Assembly: GCA_022605425.2 (NCBI GenBank)
Contig: CM061246.1
Location: forward strand, 496,001-560,000
Source: Hamiltosporidium tvaerminnensis FI-OER-3-3
Taxonomy: Eukaryota; Fungi; Microsporidia
DNA length: 64,000 bases
Direction: 5' to 3'
Below the pieces are notes generated by a model. That model had not been told where the DNA came from and searched no databases. It saw only the letters and a program-made list of their open reading frames with translations. Shown here piece after piece: positions 51,701 through 64,000 of this stretch; position 1 is the stretch's first letter, and the number at the start of each line of letters is the position of its first letter. Made by a program: the position numbers and the translations under genes.

Positions 51701-52560
51701 TAAAATTCGTGGCTAATAAAATCGATTGGTTCAATATATACATTTTATTTGTATGTCAATGAACATAATAAACTTCTGATATAAAATACAAGAATATTTT
51801 AAGTAATTTGCGAGGCTTTTAGCAAGAAAAATTGCAAACCAACCTTTGAAAATTCTATGTAATAAAGTTATTGCAAGGAATATGATAAATATCAATTGAA
51901 CGATGCCGCTTCTGACAATAAATCATCTGCCATTTCGATTTAGATCAGCGCTTTAAATTTTTGATATCAAGGAAATGTAGCTTAAAATACCCATGATATA
52001 TATCGCTGGACTCCTGCAATTATTTATACTTGCTAAAAGTTTAAAAATTTACACATTTGTGAGCCTATATACTTTCATAAAAAATTCAAGACGAATATTT
52101 GTTGCTATTCATCTACTTTCCATGCAAATCAAATGAAAATAACCAGCAATCGCTTCTATACAGGAACCTGAAATTCCAATAAAAGGATTGTTTCCGGTGA
52201 AGACTTGAAAAAAAGCTAAATATTTTAAAGAGCAAAAACAATAAGAACATACTTTATCAATTGAACACAATGAATTGAATATGATTGAAGGTCAGTTGCT
52301 AATATTGACAGTTTAAATTTGTGTTTCATTTGAAAATTTGAAATAAATTATCGGGATTTGGCGTTTTTGATTAAGAGTTGCGAAGGTTAAAACGGCAATA
52401 TGGGATAAGAGGAAAATTTGTAAGTGGGCTCACCACTCCCAGTGAAGTCACAAAATTTATTGAGTTGATACTTCGATGCTTAGTGATGATAATTGAGGAG
52501 TACTGCAATTCAGAAGTCAACCAAGAATATAATTAGAAAAAAATAACATCCTAAGGTCGT

Positions 52561-53285
52561 ACTTTATTTAAAAGTATCACATCTTTTTAAAATAGTGGCA
52601 AGTGTTATATTTCTTTTTATGACATTAACGCAGTTCTAGGTTTAACATAAATAACTGCTACCCCAACACTCCATCAGTAACCCCTGCGATACCTACGTCC
52701 CAAACCCTTTCATCTACCAGGTGTGTAGAACCTAAATAATAGGCGAGGAAGTTGCCCGGAGTTCGTTAATGCCCGTTGCATGGAGTGTGATCGATGGCCG
52801 AGATTCTTTTGTCTCCCCCAAGACTGTAGCATTTCCACTTACTCTACAATTTCGGAACTCAATAAATTTATAGCTAAGATATATTTCAGAGACTTATATG
52901 GGGCCCATCTATACGGTGCAATGTCATAAAAACAGGTATAACCTGCTACCTAGCTTTCCTGGCTTTAAATGATTTTTTGTTTTGTATCTCCCAGGTGCTA
53001 AGTCTTCTAAACCGAGTGAGCAAGGCTAGGTTTCCATGCTTTTACATGGCAATTACCTACATGTTCAGCTACGGTCTCAATCTAGTTTCATAAAAAACTA
53101 CAAATAAATTTGTAGAAAAAGTTTCTCCATTTCGTAGACCTTATCTTCTCATAACAAATCCCATGGAACAACCGAAGGTGTAGTGTGGTTTTATTCCCAC
53201 CAAAAATTTAAATAATGATCCTTATATCAGTTTCACACACTCATTACCAAGCAGAAAGTTTTTTATGTGGTTATCCTCCCTCCAC
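52561..53285 (-). repeat. Copy 4 of family X
   Basis: Same two ends as copy 2 (actttatttaaaagtatcacatc ... ttatcct(a/c)cctccac). Confidence 0.95.
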
Positions 53286-53623
53286 TTTAAATATAAAATT
53301 AAAATATTATATTTTTGTGATATAAATAATATCACATACATACTTAGGAAATGCTATTTAAATAAAAAGTAATAAAAAGAAAATAGCAAAGAAACATTCT
53401 TTTGGAAAATACGTTAATGTAACTTCGAAAGTAAAGCAAACTTGTGAAAAAAACATTAGAAGCATTTGAACGAATTATAAATTAAAATACTATATAACAA
53501 GGTATAAATTACTATCATAATTATCATTGGATTATTTTTTAAAGTAGTTAAATAATTAGACTACTTTTTACTTTTTAAAATATAATTAATAGCAAAGATA
53601 TTAAAAATAAAATAAAAAATTTA

Positions 53624-55297
53624 CTAAATATTTTTTACCATATACGGTCCTTCTAGAAAATATCCAAATTTTTCATAGTATTTTCTGGTCCCTACACCTG
53701 CTATTATAGCTATTTTAGAAGAAAGATGTTCTTCTTTAGATATTCTTTCTGCTTCTAAAAGTAGTTTGGCTCCATAACCTTTATGCTGGTATTTAGTACC
53801 ATCTTTATGACTAACGGGAATAGATGATCCATACACATGCAATTCTCTAATCATAGAAGCATTATCATTTAAAAAATTATGTTTAATATTTTTTCCAACA
53901 ACCTCTGGTCTAAAAGTATCGGTAGATAATTTTCTAAGTCTTAACATTCCAATAAGTGAGTCATTTTCCATGTTTTCATATGACAGAAAAGTCTCCCAAC
54001 CATTATTTGCCACATAATCTCTTCTAACCAAAGTAACATGTGTCTTTTGCTGTGAAGGTTTTTGAAAGTCAATTTTTATATTTCTACTGTTTTTTATCCC
54101 GACTTCTTTAACACCAACTTCTCTAGTTCGAATATCTCTGCATCGCATATTGTAATCTTTAAGTCTTGCAAGAACCATTTCTCTGATATTACCTTTTTCT
54201 ACACCCGAACTAACCAAGGGCATTGGAATATCTCTTTGAACACGATAAATACGCGTCCAAGGTGGTACAATATCAAATATTTGAACTAGAAAGTTTATGA
54301 GATCATCTGGTGAATAATTTTGGTATTTTTTATTTCTCCATAATTCATAAAGCCCAGTACCTTTGATTACAAGTGTCGGATATATTTTTAACCCATCAGA
54401 TCTAAAATCAGGATTCTCAAAATATTCAATAAACTGTGCCATATCTCTATAAATATCTACATCAGGAAGATTTGGCATCATATGTGCAACTATTTTATAA
54501 CCTGTATCTTTACAAAGTGAAAGTGTATCTTTTACTGCTTTTATTGTGTGTCCTCGATTTGTATTAAATGCCACATCCTCATAAACACTTTGAATTCCTA
54601 TTTCAATTCTCGTACATCCATATTCCAACATTTTACTTAAATGCGTTCGTTGACAAAAATCTGGTCTCGTTTCTATTGTAATTCCCACACATTTTATTTT
54701 ACTATTTTGTGAAAAAATTATACTTTCTTTAAGAGATGAAGATTTATGACCAGAAAGAGCATCATGAAGAGACATTATAAAATAATTTTTATACGAATCA
54801 GGAAGAGACATAAATGTACCACCCATTATAATATATTCCACTTTATCCACAGAATGCCCCAAAGATTGTAATTGTAAGAGTCTTGAACGGGCCTGTTGGA
54901 ATGGATCGTATCTATGTCTGATCGCTCTCATAGATGTAGGCTCATATCCCGTATAAGATTGTGTAGAATATTCAAATTCAGAATCTGGACCACCCGGACA
55001 GTAGATACACACATTTCCTGTTAAAGCTATATGTGGACATCTATGTGGCTTACACATAACAGCTACAACAGCAACACCGGAAGCTGTTCGAATAGGCTTT
55101 GCTTTCAGAAGAGAAATAAGTTGAGACTCGTGTGAAGGAATACAAGATAATATTTCTGTTAAACGCGGCTGTTGAGATAAACCGTATTTCTTTGAAATTT
55201 CCGTTGTTAATGAACTCAAATTCGTTTTTTTATTTTCTTTATGAAATTTCACCAGCAAATTTGCAATTTCGTTGCATGCAACCAAATAATCAGCCAT
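53624..55297 (-). CDS. ELP3: Elongator complex catalytic subunit Elp3 (radical SAM + KAT)
   Basis: [11 protein letters not shown]...[37 protein letters not shown] and QHKGYG; ATG 55297 follows CCC. Confidence 0.97.
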   Translation of the reverse strand: MADYLVACNEIANLLVKFHKENKKTNLSSLTTEISKKYGLSQQPRLTEILSCIPSHESQLISLLKAKPIRTASGVAVVAVMCKPHRCPHIALTGNVCIYCPGGPDSEFEYSTQSYTGYEPTSMRAIRHRYDPFQQARSRLLQLQSLGHSVDKVEYIIMGGTFMSLPDSYKNYFIMSLHDALSGHKSSSLKESIIFSQNSKIKCVGITIETRPDFCQRTHLSKMLEYGCTRIEIGIQSVYEDVAFNTNRGHTIKAVKDTLSLCKDTGYKIVAHMMPNLPDVDIYRDMAQFIEYFENPDFRSDGLKIYPTLVIKGTGLYELWRNKKYQNYSPDDLINFLVQIFDIVPPWTRIYRVQRDIPMPLVSSGVEKGNIREMVLARLKDYNMRCRDIRTREVGVKEVGIKNSRNIKIDFQKPSQQKTHVTLVRRDYVANNGWETFLSYENMENDSLIGMLRLRKLSTDTFRPEVVGKNIKHNFLNDNASMIRELHVYGSSIPVSHKDGTKYQHKGYGAKLLLEAERISKEEHLSSKIAIIAGVGTRKYYEKFGYFLEGPYMVKNI

Positions 55298-55937
55298 TTT
55301 ATGGGTGATCAATCTATCTTTTTTATACCAATTTTTTACCTTTATAAAACTTTATAAAGATTTTATTTCTAAAAGACCAAGAAAAAAATTTTGTTAGAAA
55401 AATAAAATGAAAGTTTGCAATAAGATTAATAAAATGTATATAAATCCGTTCCACTCTAATATCGATTAATTTAATAATATTCATCTAGAATATAAATATC
55501 AAAACATATATCATTCTCTACACTTATTGAATGATAAATATTTTTTTAAAATATATCGAAGTGATATTTTTGTATTAAAAGAAAATATTTAGAGAAATGA
55601 GATGCTAATAAATCAAATTATGCCATGTTATAGTGATAATGTGAGATAAATATTTTTCATACAAATATAAACTAAAATAAAATTTTATATTTTTATTTAT
55701 TTATTTACTTTGCTGATCTTCTTTTTTCGTCTTAGAAATAACAGTTAAGTATTTTTATTCGGATTTATTTATTTACTTTACATATCTTTTACTTGGTTCT
55801 TACACACACTAAAAAAATAATTTTGAAATATTTAAGGATTCATATTTACGAATTCTTTATTCTTTTAAATTTAAAAGGGGAGTAAAAAACATACAAACAA
55901 ATACAAATCAATCACTTTATAAATGTTTAAATTTAGA

Positions 55938-56110
55938 AACCTTAGAAACAAAATACAAATTCAACACTTAATTTTACATTTTTTTATTTTTATAATTTAT
56001 AAACCTTAGAAACAAAATACAAATTCAACACTTAATTTTACATTTTTTTATGTTTTTAACTTTAGAAAACTTAGAAACAAAATACCACATAAATAAATTT
56101 TTTTTACATT
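55938..56110. repeat. Imperfect ~64-bp tandem repeat x ~3 between the divergent ELP3 and RPT1 genes
   Basis: aaa(c/a)cttagaaacaaaatac at 55938, 56001 and 56067. Confidence 0.8.
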
Positions 56111-56171
56111 TTTTATTATTTTTTTATTATTTTTTTACATTTTATAAGCATAAAAAACAAAAATAAAATTA

Positions 56172-56174
56172 CCC
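56172..56174 (+). promoter_or_regulatory. Microsporidian CCC-like initiation motif (example at RPT1)
   Basis: CCC occurs 0-15 nt upstream of the ATG in 10 genes here (CTF8, TOPBP1-like, EAF3, SR-beta, RanBD, APE4, 42759, TSR1, ELP3, RPT1), as described for microsporidia. Confidence 0.75.
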
Positions 56175-56181
56175 TTTAAAT

Positions 56182-57414
56182 ATGAGTTTTTCATTTACAG
56201 ATCCTAGCAACATTTCTCTTCTGTTGTCTCTTACAAAAAACTATTATGGTGACAAAATAAAAGAATTGGAAACACAGATAAAAACTATGTACGATTCTAT
56301 TTGTATAAAGTTAGGAACTAAAGAGGTAGAAACCGGTCTTGCACCACCTGCGTGTTGGGATTTGAATGCAGACAGGACACGATCTCAGGAGGAACAGACT
56401 CTACAGGTAGCACGTGTCTGTAAAATAATACCTGATACTGAAAAGAAATATATGATTTCTATACGACAAATGGCCAAATTTATTGTTGGAAAATCTAAAA
56501 AATTAAGTGAAAATCAAATTAAAGAGGATATGCGAGTAGGAGTGGATAAAACCAAATATCAGATAATTCTTCCTTTACCTCGTAAAATAGATCCTTCCGT
56601 TACAATGATGCAGGTAGAAGACCGACCCGATGTCACTTATAATGATATTGGAGGGTGTGAGGCTGAAATTGAAAAAATAAGAGAAGTCGTGGAAATGCCA
56701 CTTTTGGAACCAGAAAGGTTTATAAAACTTGGTATTGATCCACCCAAAGGGGTTCTTCTTTATGGACCTCCAGGAACAGGAAAAACACTTTTAGCACGTG
56801 CAGTTGCTAATCGTACAGATGCTACTTTTATACGAGTTATCGGTTCAGAATTGGTACAGAAATATGTCGGTGAAGGAGCAAGAATGGTTAGAGAAATATT
56901 TGAAATGGCCAAATCTAAAAAGGCTTGTATAATATTTTTTGATGAGGTGGATGCATTTGCTTGTACCCGTTTTGAAGATTCAGGAGAAAATGAAGTTCAA
57001 CGTACGATGCTTGAACTTATAAATCAGTTGGATGGATTTGATTCTCGAGGTAATATAAAAGTATTAATGGCTACTAACAGACCTGATACATTAGATCCGG
57101 CTCTTCTTAGGCCAGGGAGATTGGATAGGAAAGTAGAATTTTCCTTGCCAGATTTAAATGGAAGATCTAAAATTTTAATGATTCATGCTAAGACAATGAG
57201 TGTAGAGAAAAATATAAGATATGAACTGATAGCTCGTCTTTGTGTAAATGCTACAGGTGCAGAGTTGTATAGTGTATGTACTGAAGCAGGTATGTTTGCT
57301 ATTCGTGCAGGCAGAAAAGTAGCAACGGAAGAAGATTTTATTAATGCTGTTCATAAAGTTATCGGTTTATATGGTAAATTTTCGTCTACGCCACGTTATC
57401 TTACTTACAATTAA
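56182..57414 (+). CDS. RPT1: 26S proteasome AAA-ATPase Rpt1 (PSMC2)
   Basis: [56 protein letters not shown] and C-terminal FSSTPRY. Confidence 0.97.
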   Translation: MSFSFTDPSNISLLLSLTKNYYGDKIKELETQIKTMYDSICIKLGTKEVETGLAPPACWDLNADRTRSQEEQTLQVARVCKIIPDTEKKYMISIRQMAKFIVGKSKKLSENQIKEDMRVGVDKTKYQIILPLPRKIDPSVTMMQVEDRPDVTYNDIGGCEAEIEKIREVVEMPLLEPERFIKLGIDPPKGVLLYGPPGTGKTLLARAVANRTDATFIRVIGSELVQKYVGEGARMVREIFEMAKSKKACIIFFDEVDAFACTRFEDSGENEVQRTMLELINQLDGFDSRGNIKVLMATNRPDTLDPALLRPGRLDRKVEFSLPDLNGRSKILMIHAKTMSVEKNIRYELIARLCVNATGAELYSVCTEAGMFAIRAGRKVATEEDFINAVHKVIGLYGKFSSTPRYLTYN

Positions 57415-57499
57415 AAATATTGTTCTGGGTTCTTTTTATATAAATTTTGACTTTTCAATTTAAATTTTTTTGAGTTTTTTTAAAAAAACTTTAAACGAC

Positions 57500-57890
57500 T
57501 CTTATGTGATAACCTGGGATGATATTGTGACAAAATACCATAAAATATATCTTAAGAAGCTTAAAATACAAGAATAAGTCGAGATGCGTTCGATAAATAA
57601 TACTTGAAAGAGATTCTTCGAAGCTTATAATACAAGATTAGGTGGAGATACGTTCGATAAATAGTGATTCAAAGATATCTTGTTTTAATTAGCGAAATAC
57701 ATGTGGTCAGAACCAAATACTGGCGAAAACATTTTAAGGGTATTATTAGAGGGAAATATAAGTATCCTTGAGTTGTGACAACCTATAAATAAAACTTATA
57801 GAGGCCAACCAAGAATAAATTATTAAAGAAATGCTAGAATTGATAGCATGAGTGTGGATAAAATGACAGAAATCAAATCATTGCCTTAAA
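57500..57890 (+). mobile_element. Decayed 3' fragment of an R4-like element
   Basis: cttatgtgataacctgggatgatattgtgacaaaataccataaa matches ~17695-17738 (YVxTWDxIVTKYHK). Confidence 0.8.
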
Positions 57891-58978
57891 ATCTAGAAAA
57901 GGACTAATGCAACGAAATATCTAAACAAATATGGAGGGGGAAATAGAATATAGACCACAAATATTGTATTCCAACCTAATTTATTTGATTCCACTGTTAA
58001 ATATGTAAATAATAAGCTACCAAATAAACAAAATAATAGATTTAAAACACTCAAAAAAACCAGAAAAGGTTTTATTATACCCATTAAAACATTTATATAG
58101 ATTTTCTTTCTGCTTTCTAAAGAGTAAATTTTTATTTCTGAAAATAATTTTCATTTATTTTTCTTTATTATTTAAGAATTATAGATGTTTCTCAGGTTCC
58201 TACTAATTAGTTTACAAGTGTAAAAATATAAGTTTAATTCAAAAATCCATTTTATTGTTTCTAAATAATGTATTAAGCAACAAATCTGATAATATTGCAA
58301 TTATATAATATTTAAATATAAACTAAAATATAATCTAAAGTTGCAGGTATTTTACTAATATTTAATTTTTGAGAGTTAATATCTTATAAACATATTTAAT
58401 ACAGTAAATTATATAACCTTATAATACTTAGACAATAAAAAACCGGTAAAATAATCTTCAAATATCTTTCAAAAAAACAACACTTAATTATCTTCATAAG
58501 AAAAGAAAGGTTTAAATATTTCTTTAAATCGACAGAGAGTTAAGAACGAACCAAAAAGAGTTTTTTAAATCGTATTGTATTAATTTATTTACAAGGCAAA
58601 TATTTTTTTTACAGAACACCTGTTTTTTAACTAAAAAAGTAGAATGAAAGTATATCGTTCCAAAAGAAAAGTAGAAATAAAATTTAGAAGAGATTCATCA
58701 TTTGTAATCTATTTATTTTATCAAACAAAGATCTTAAGATACAAAAATTTCAAACGTAAACATTTTTTTAAAAAATCAAAATATACACAAACATACTTAC
58801 AATAAATATGTTTAAAAACAATAAAAAAAGTTCATTTTCCACCAAATATCAAATTTCTAAGCACTTTCACTACATTTAAATATGTATTTATACAAAATTC
58901 CAATGCTAAGTATATATAAATTAGATTAATAGTAAATAAAGTAAAACAAAAAGAATTCAGTATATTGTCACTCAATTA

Positions 58979-59069
58979 ATTAGAAGAAGAGACAGTAGTG
59001 GTTAAAAAGGTAGAAGAAAATACATAAAAATGGTAAAAATATTTTAACCCGGAATTTTATTAAATAAAA
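58979..59069 (+). mobile_element. ~90-bp extreme 3' end of an R4-like element (severely 5'-truncated insertion)
   Basis: Matches 18061-18153, including aaaatggtaaaaatattttaaccc(g/a)gaattttattaaataaaa. Confidence 0.88.
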
Positions 59070-60324
59070 TTGGTACTCTAATAAGAAATATAACTTAATA
59101 TATAATATTTTTTTTCCTAAAAACACTATTTTTAATAAATTTTACTCTTATATCAAGATTAATATGATATAATCGAGTACTAAGCCATTTGCAATCATTT
59201 TGAATTTAAATACTTGTATCGATACACTGTAAAACGACTAAAAAAAAATAAAGAATTAAATCGAGTTAGAAAAAAAGTATTTAATTACATTATACATATG
59301 AATCAGACATATAACGATTCTATAACTTTCAATATATAGAATTACTATAAGAATTGCAAAATGATTTCCTCAAATAAATCATAAAACAAAAATTATACCT
59401 CTAAATTTTTAAAACAATAGCAAAGGTTAACATCTGACTCGTTTATATATAAAACTTAAAACTATTAGTCAAGTATTATCAATTCTTAAAGATTTTAAGA
59501 AATAAAATGTATGATGAAGCAATACAACAATACACATATTATTTAATATATTTTTTTACAACTAAAATAAGATTCAATGAATTATCCTATAAATAAAATA
59601 GAATATTTAAGAATTTGATATAACAAAATACCTTAAATAACCAAATCAGATAAAAAGATATTTCAAATATATTTACGATAATATAAAATATATCATATAA
59701 AAGATATTAAATGAAATATTTAATGATATATTTAATGATATATTAAATGAAATATTAAATGAAATATTAATTACTTGGAAATACTATAAAAATTCTATTT
59801 CTTAATCATAAACCAATCATCAGTCACTATATTCATGAAATCCCAAACAAAAAACACCAAGAAAAATAATAAAACCAAATATTAAAGACAAATACATAAT
59901 AAACCTCTAACAACTTAGAATATAGATATAAGATATAAAAAGATACAATAAAATAAGCTATAGATAAGATATAAAAAGATATAAAAAGATATAAACAGAT
60001 ATAAACAGATATAATAAAATAAGATATAAATCTATCACCATAATATTTATAAACTAACACATCATATAAACTAAAAACTTAAATTATTTATAATTTTTTA
60101 TAATAGTAATACAAGACTAATACAAGATATAAGACATATTAAATACTTAAAAACTAACCACCTATAGAAACCTATAACAGAGTATAAAAAACATACAAAT
60201 ATTAAAAGATATACTTTATACTTCTAATATATTTACACACATATGTTTATAAAAAGAATTATTTAACAAACAAACACAGTAATTTTTTAAAACTAAAAAA
60301 GAATGAAAAAACCAGAAAGTAAAT

Positions 60325-60980
60325 AGAACCTTCTTATAACCTATTATAATCCTTATAAACCTATTATAAACCTCTTAGACCCTATTAGACCCTATTATTA
60401 ACCTCTTAATTAAAACTTATTATAACCTCTTATAAACCTATTATCCCTATTATTAACCCTTATAATTAAACCCTTGTAATTATAAACCTATTTTAAACCA
60501 CTTATAAACCTATTAGCCCTATTATTAACCCTTATAATTAACCCTTATAATTAAAACCTTGTAATTAAAACCTGTTATAAACCCTTATTAGACCCTATTA
60601 TAGACCCTTATTATTAACCCTTATAATTAAAACCTCTTATAAACCCTTATAATTAAACCATTATTGTTAAAACCCTTTAATAAATTAATTTATCTCATAT
60701 AAATTACCAGGTTAAATAACACCCTATTATTCACCTGTAATATAAATACTTTCTTACTAACACATCTTAATAACAACACTATTACCATTACTGATACTGC
60801 TATTGTTACTATTACTGTTATTTATCCCTAATTCCTTACCTTTAATATATCAAATACTTACCTTTAATACATTACCCTTACTATTCCCTACCTTTAATAC
60901 ATTACCCTTACTATCCCCTATATGAATTACCCTTACTATCCCCTATATGAATTACCCTTACTATCCCCTACTACTTTAAT
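60325..60980. repeat. Low-complexity, G-poor minisatellite field (aaacccttataatt; attacccttactatcccta)
   Basis: Degenerate 12-30 bp units read directly from the sequence. Confidence 0.85.
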
Positions 60981-60983
60981 ATA

Positions 60984-61232
60984 TTACCCTTACTTCCTCT
61001 ATAATACTCATTACTTCCTCCCACTCTACCCTTACTATCTCTACACACATCCTTTTGCTTAAAATATTACCCTTACTTCCTCTATAATACTCATTACTTC
61101 CTCCCACTCTACCCTTACTATCTCTACACACATCCTTTTGCTTAAAATATTACCCTTACTTCCTCTATAATACTCATTACTTCCTCCCACTCTACACCTA
61201 TCTCTCTACACACATCCTTTTGCTTAAAATAT
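60984..61232. repeat. 83-bp tandem triplication of the CPSF160 3' coding end
   Basis: ttacccttacttcctctataatactc... at 60984, 61067 and 61150. Confidence 0.95.
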
Positions 61233-64000
61233 CCAAACCTTAAAAACTCAATAACCCCTTCATAAAAACACCCCCCCTTAACACACATACCTCTTAATAC
61301 ATTCTTAGTAATACTTATATTTCTATAATTAACACCCCCCTTTACATTACTACATAACCCATTTAAAATATTATAAAATTTTTCATTTAAAACTGTTATT
61401 TTAATAAATGAATCATTAGTAAATAACACCCCTATATTACCACTACCACTTACTCTTATTTCTTCATTTATTGTTATTTCACTTCTTTTTATTAAAAAAG
61501 TACCATTTTTACTTAATAGGTTGTATGGAGAGTAAGTGTAACAATATAAAGTACTATCATCAAAGCAAACCATACCAACCTCATTATCATACTTGGTAGT
61601 GGTGTTAGTAGTGGTGTTGTTGGTAGGAGGAAAGTGTTGTTTATTATGGTTAGTGTTGGTATTAAGAGGGTGTTGTTTATCTATACTCTTACTAACACCC
61701 TGTTGTTTATTAGATAGATAGTTAACAGGGTGTTGTTCATTAGTACTTATATTTAAAGGGTGTTGTTTAAATGATAGATTGTTAACACCCTGTTGTTTAC
61801 TAGATAGATTGTTAACACCGTGTTGTTCATTAGTACTTATATTTAAAGGGTGTTGTTTATCTATACTGTTACTAACACCGTGTTGTTTACTCGATAGATT
61901 GTTAACACCCTGTTGTTCATTAGTACTTATATTTAAAGGGTGTTGTTTAAATGATAGATTGTTAACACCCTGTTGTTTATTAGATAGATTGTTAACACCC
62001 TGTTGTTCATAAGTACTTATATTTAAAGGGTGTTGTTTAAATGATAGATAGTTAACAGGGTGTTGTTTATCTATACTGTTACTAACACCCTTATAACCAT
62101 ACTCCTTATTACTAACACCCTCCAACATATTCCTACTACTACCCCCTAACACCCTATTATTAACACCCCCTAACATACCAATTCTCATTACATATATAAC
62201 ACCCATTACCCCCACTGCCTCACTAACACCCAACAAATACATCTTAACAGGTCTACTCTGATAATAAAACATACTAACACCTCTACACACATCACCAACA
62301 ACAACATAATTCTTAAAACAACACACACTACTACACATAACATGCATATCATGAAAAGCTATAGCACTAACACCTTCAATAGGACTTACTTCATATACAA
62401 ACACTTTAGTACCAATACATACTACAATCTTATATCTTAACACATCACAACATATAACAGGTCCTTTAGTATTCTCTATAGCTATAACACCTAATCTTAA
62501 AGTTGTTAAAGGTTTATTTATCTGTGGTATAACACTCTTTATTTTTAATATTATTAATCTACCTTTACATATGTTATCTTCTCCTTTTATATAAGAAGTA
62601 CATATTATTATATAAGGTAATACTTCTTGAGTGTTATTTAATAACATATACTTTACCATACAAATATATTCATTTAACTGTAATTTATAAGAATCTATAA
62701 GGGTATTACACCTATAGAGATCAAGGGAATAAGAGTAAGTCAAGGGGAGGGTATTATTGTTGGTATTATTTTTGTTGTTGATGGGTGTGGGGAGTGTGTT
62801 AGTATTTATATTAGTATTACTATTATTTATATTAGTATTACTAGTATTTATATTAGTATTATTATTACTATCTAATATACTATTTATATTACTATCCCTA
62901 TTACTAATATCTATATCCACATTACTAATATCCACATTACTAATATCCACATTACTAATATCCCTATTACTAATATCTACATCACCTTTAATGTCACTCC
63001 CCCTAAATCGTGTCTCTTCTACTCTTGCTATTATAATACATTCTTCTTTCTCACAGTATGTTATACCTTTTGATTTTCTTTTTATTTTAAATTCTTCATA
63101 TAAATTATCGCTTATAAAATAATTAATTTTAGATTCAAATAAAATACCTTTGGATATGTAAATGTAGAGGGTGTTAGTAAGTGGAGTGGTATTGAGATTA
63201 AAGGTTTTATTGTTGTAGGGGTTAGTGTTGTAGGTGTTAGGTTGTTAGTGTTGTTAGTAGGGGGTGTGGTATTAAGATTAAAGGTTTTATTGTTGTAGGG
63301 GTTAGTGTAGGTGTGGGTGTTGTAGGGGTGTTGGTTATGTATACTGTTGTTAACACCCTGTTGTTCTTTAGTACTGTTGTTAACACCCTGTTGTTTATTA
63401 GATATATGGTTAACACCCTGTTGGTTATGTAGTAGTGTTGTTAACACCCTGTTGTTTATTGGATATATGGTTAAGACCCTGTTGTTTATTAGATATATGG
63501 TTAACACCCTGTTGGTTATTAGATATATGGTTAACACCCTGTTGGTTATTGGATATATGGTTAACACCCTGTTGTTTATTAGTAGTGTTATTAACAACCT
63601 CCAATCCACTATCTATATTACTAACACCCTCTAATCCACTATCTATATCACTAACACCCTCTAATCCACTATCTATATCACTAACACCCTCTAATACATC
63701 CATATCACCCTCTTCCTTACTCCCTATACATACAATACTATCTACTTGTACACTCTTATGTATAAATACTCCTAAATTATTTATCTTAACTATTAACATA
63801 TCATTACCTTTAATAAATATAATATCTTTACATATAGAAAATACAGTGTTAGTGTTATTTATAGTAAATAATATAAAACTATATAATTTAAGAAGGGTGT
63901 TATTTCTATATTCATATATACTTAATAACCCATTATAATGTTTTAAAAGTATTACTGTACGAGACATGTTAGTAACAGAAGATATTTCAAGAATGGTTAA
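61142..64000 (-). CDS. CFT1: CPSF160/Cft1 (CPSF A subunit), 5'-partial, with large repeat insertions and two compensating frameshifts
   Basis: C-terminal propeller motifs TSYIKGEDNICKGRL, ENTKGPV, IAFHDMH, KNYVVVGDVCRGV and YSPYNLLSKNGTFLIKRSE. The frame is open to the window end; shifts near 63432 and 63241. Confidence 0.85.
61665..62170 (-). repeat. In-frame coding minisatellite (QQGVN/QHPLN/QHPVN units)
   Basis: ~30-bp units with an aacagggtgtt/aacaccctgtt core. Confidence 0.95.
63195..63690 (-). repeat. Second coding minisatellite block (LEGVS, QQGVN and N/T/P-rich units)
   Basis: 30-bp units sharing an agggtgtta core. Confidence 0.93.

Noticed and set aside
60820-61000. Telomeric repeat tract
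   Set aside because: Units are ttaccctta-based and appear derived from the CPSF160 3' end; there is no (CCCTAA)n array.

Overview
This is very AT-rich, gene-sparse eukaryotic DNA, not bacterial. It is almost certainly from a large-genome microsporidian; the QQGVN/LEGVS coding repeats recall Hamiltosporidium (inference). Short, essentially intronless genes have a CCC motif just upstream of the ATG: Ctf8-like, TOPBP1/Dpb11-like, Eaf3/MRG, Aos1, SRP receptor beta, a RanBD protein, M18 aspartyl aminopeptidase (one frameshift), a beta-propeller-like gene with one in-frame stop, Tsr1, Elp3, Rpt1 and a 5'-partial CPSF160/Cft1. Much of the rest is mobile DNA. It includes one intact R4/Dong-type non-LTR retrotransposon with a 14-bp TSD plus four decayed or truncated relatives, a decayed RTE LINE, three bipartite RTE-derived SINEs with a structured 5' motif, a tRNA-headed SINE and a Buster-type hAT MITE. 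The most notable unexplained feature is a ~725-bp non-coding, hairpin-rich dispersed element present four times with shared ends and apparent TSDs. Other leads are a candidate ribozyme-like motif at the RTE-SINE 5' end, an isolated GU-rich AGNN-tetraloop hairpin, a candidate 48-nt intron, and an invertible 11-bp core in the CPSF160 coding minisatellite. All alignments and folds were done by eye.
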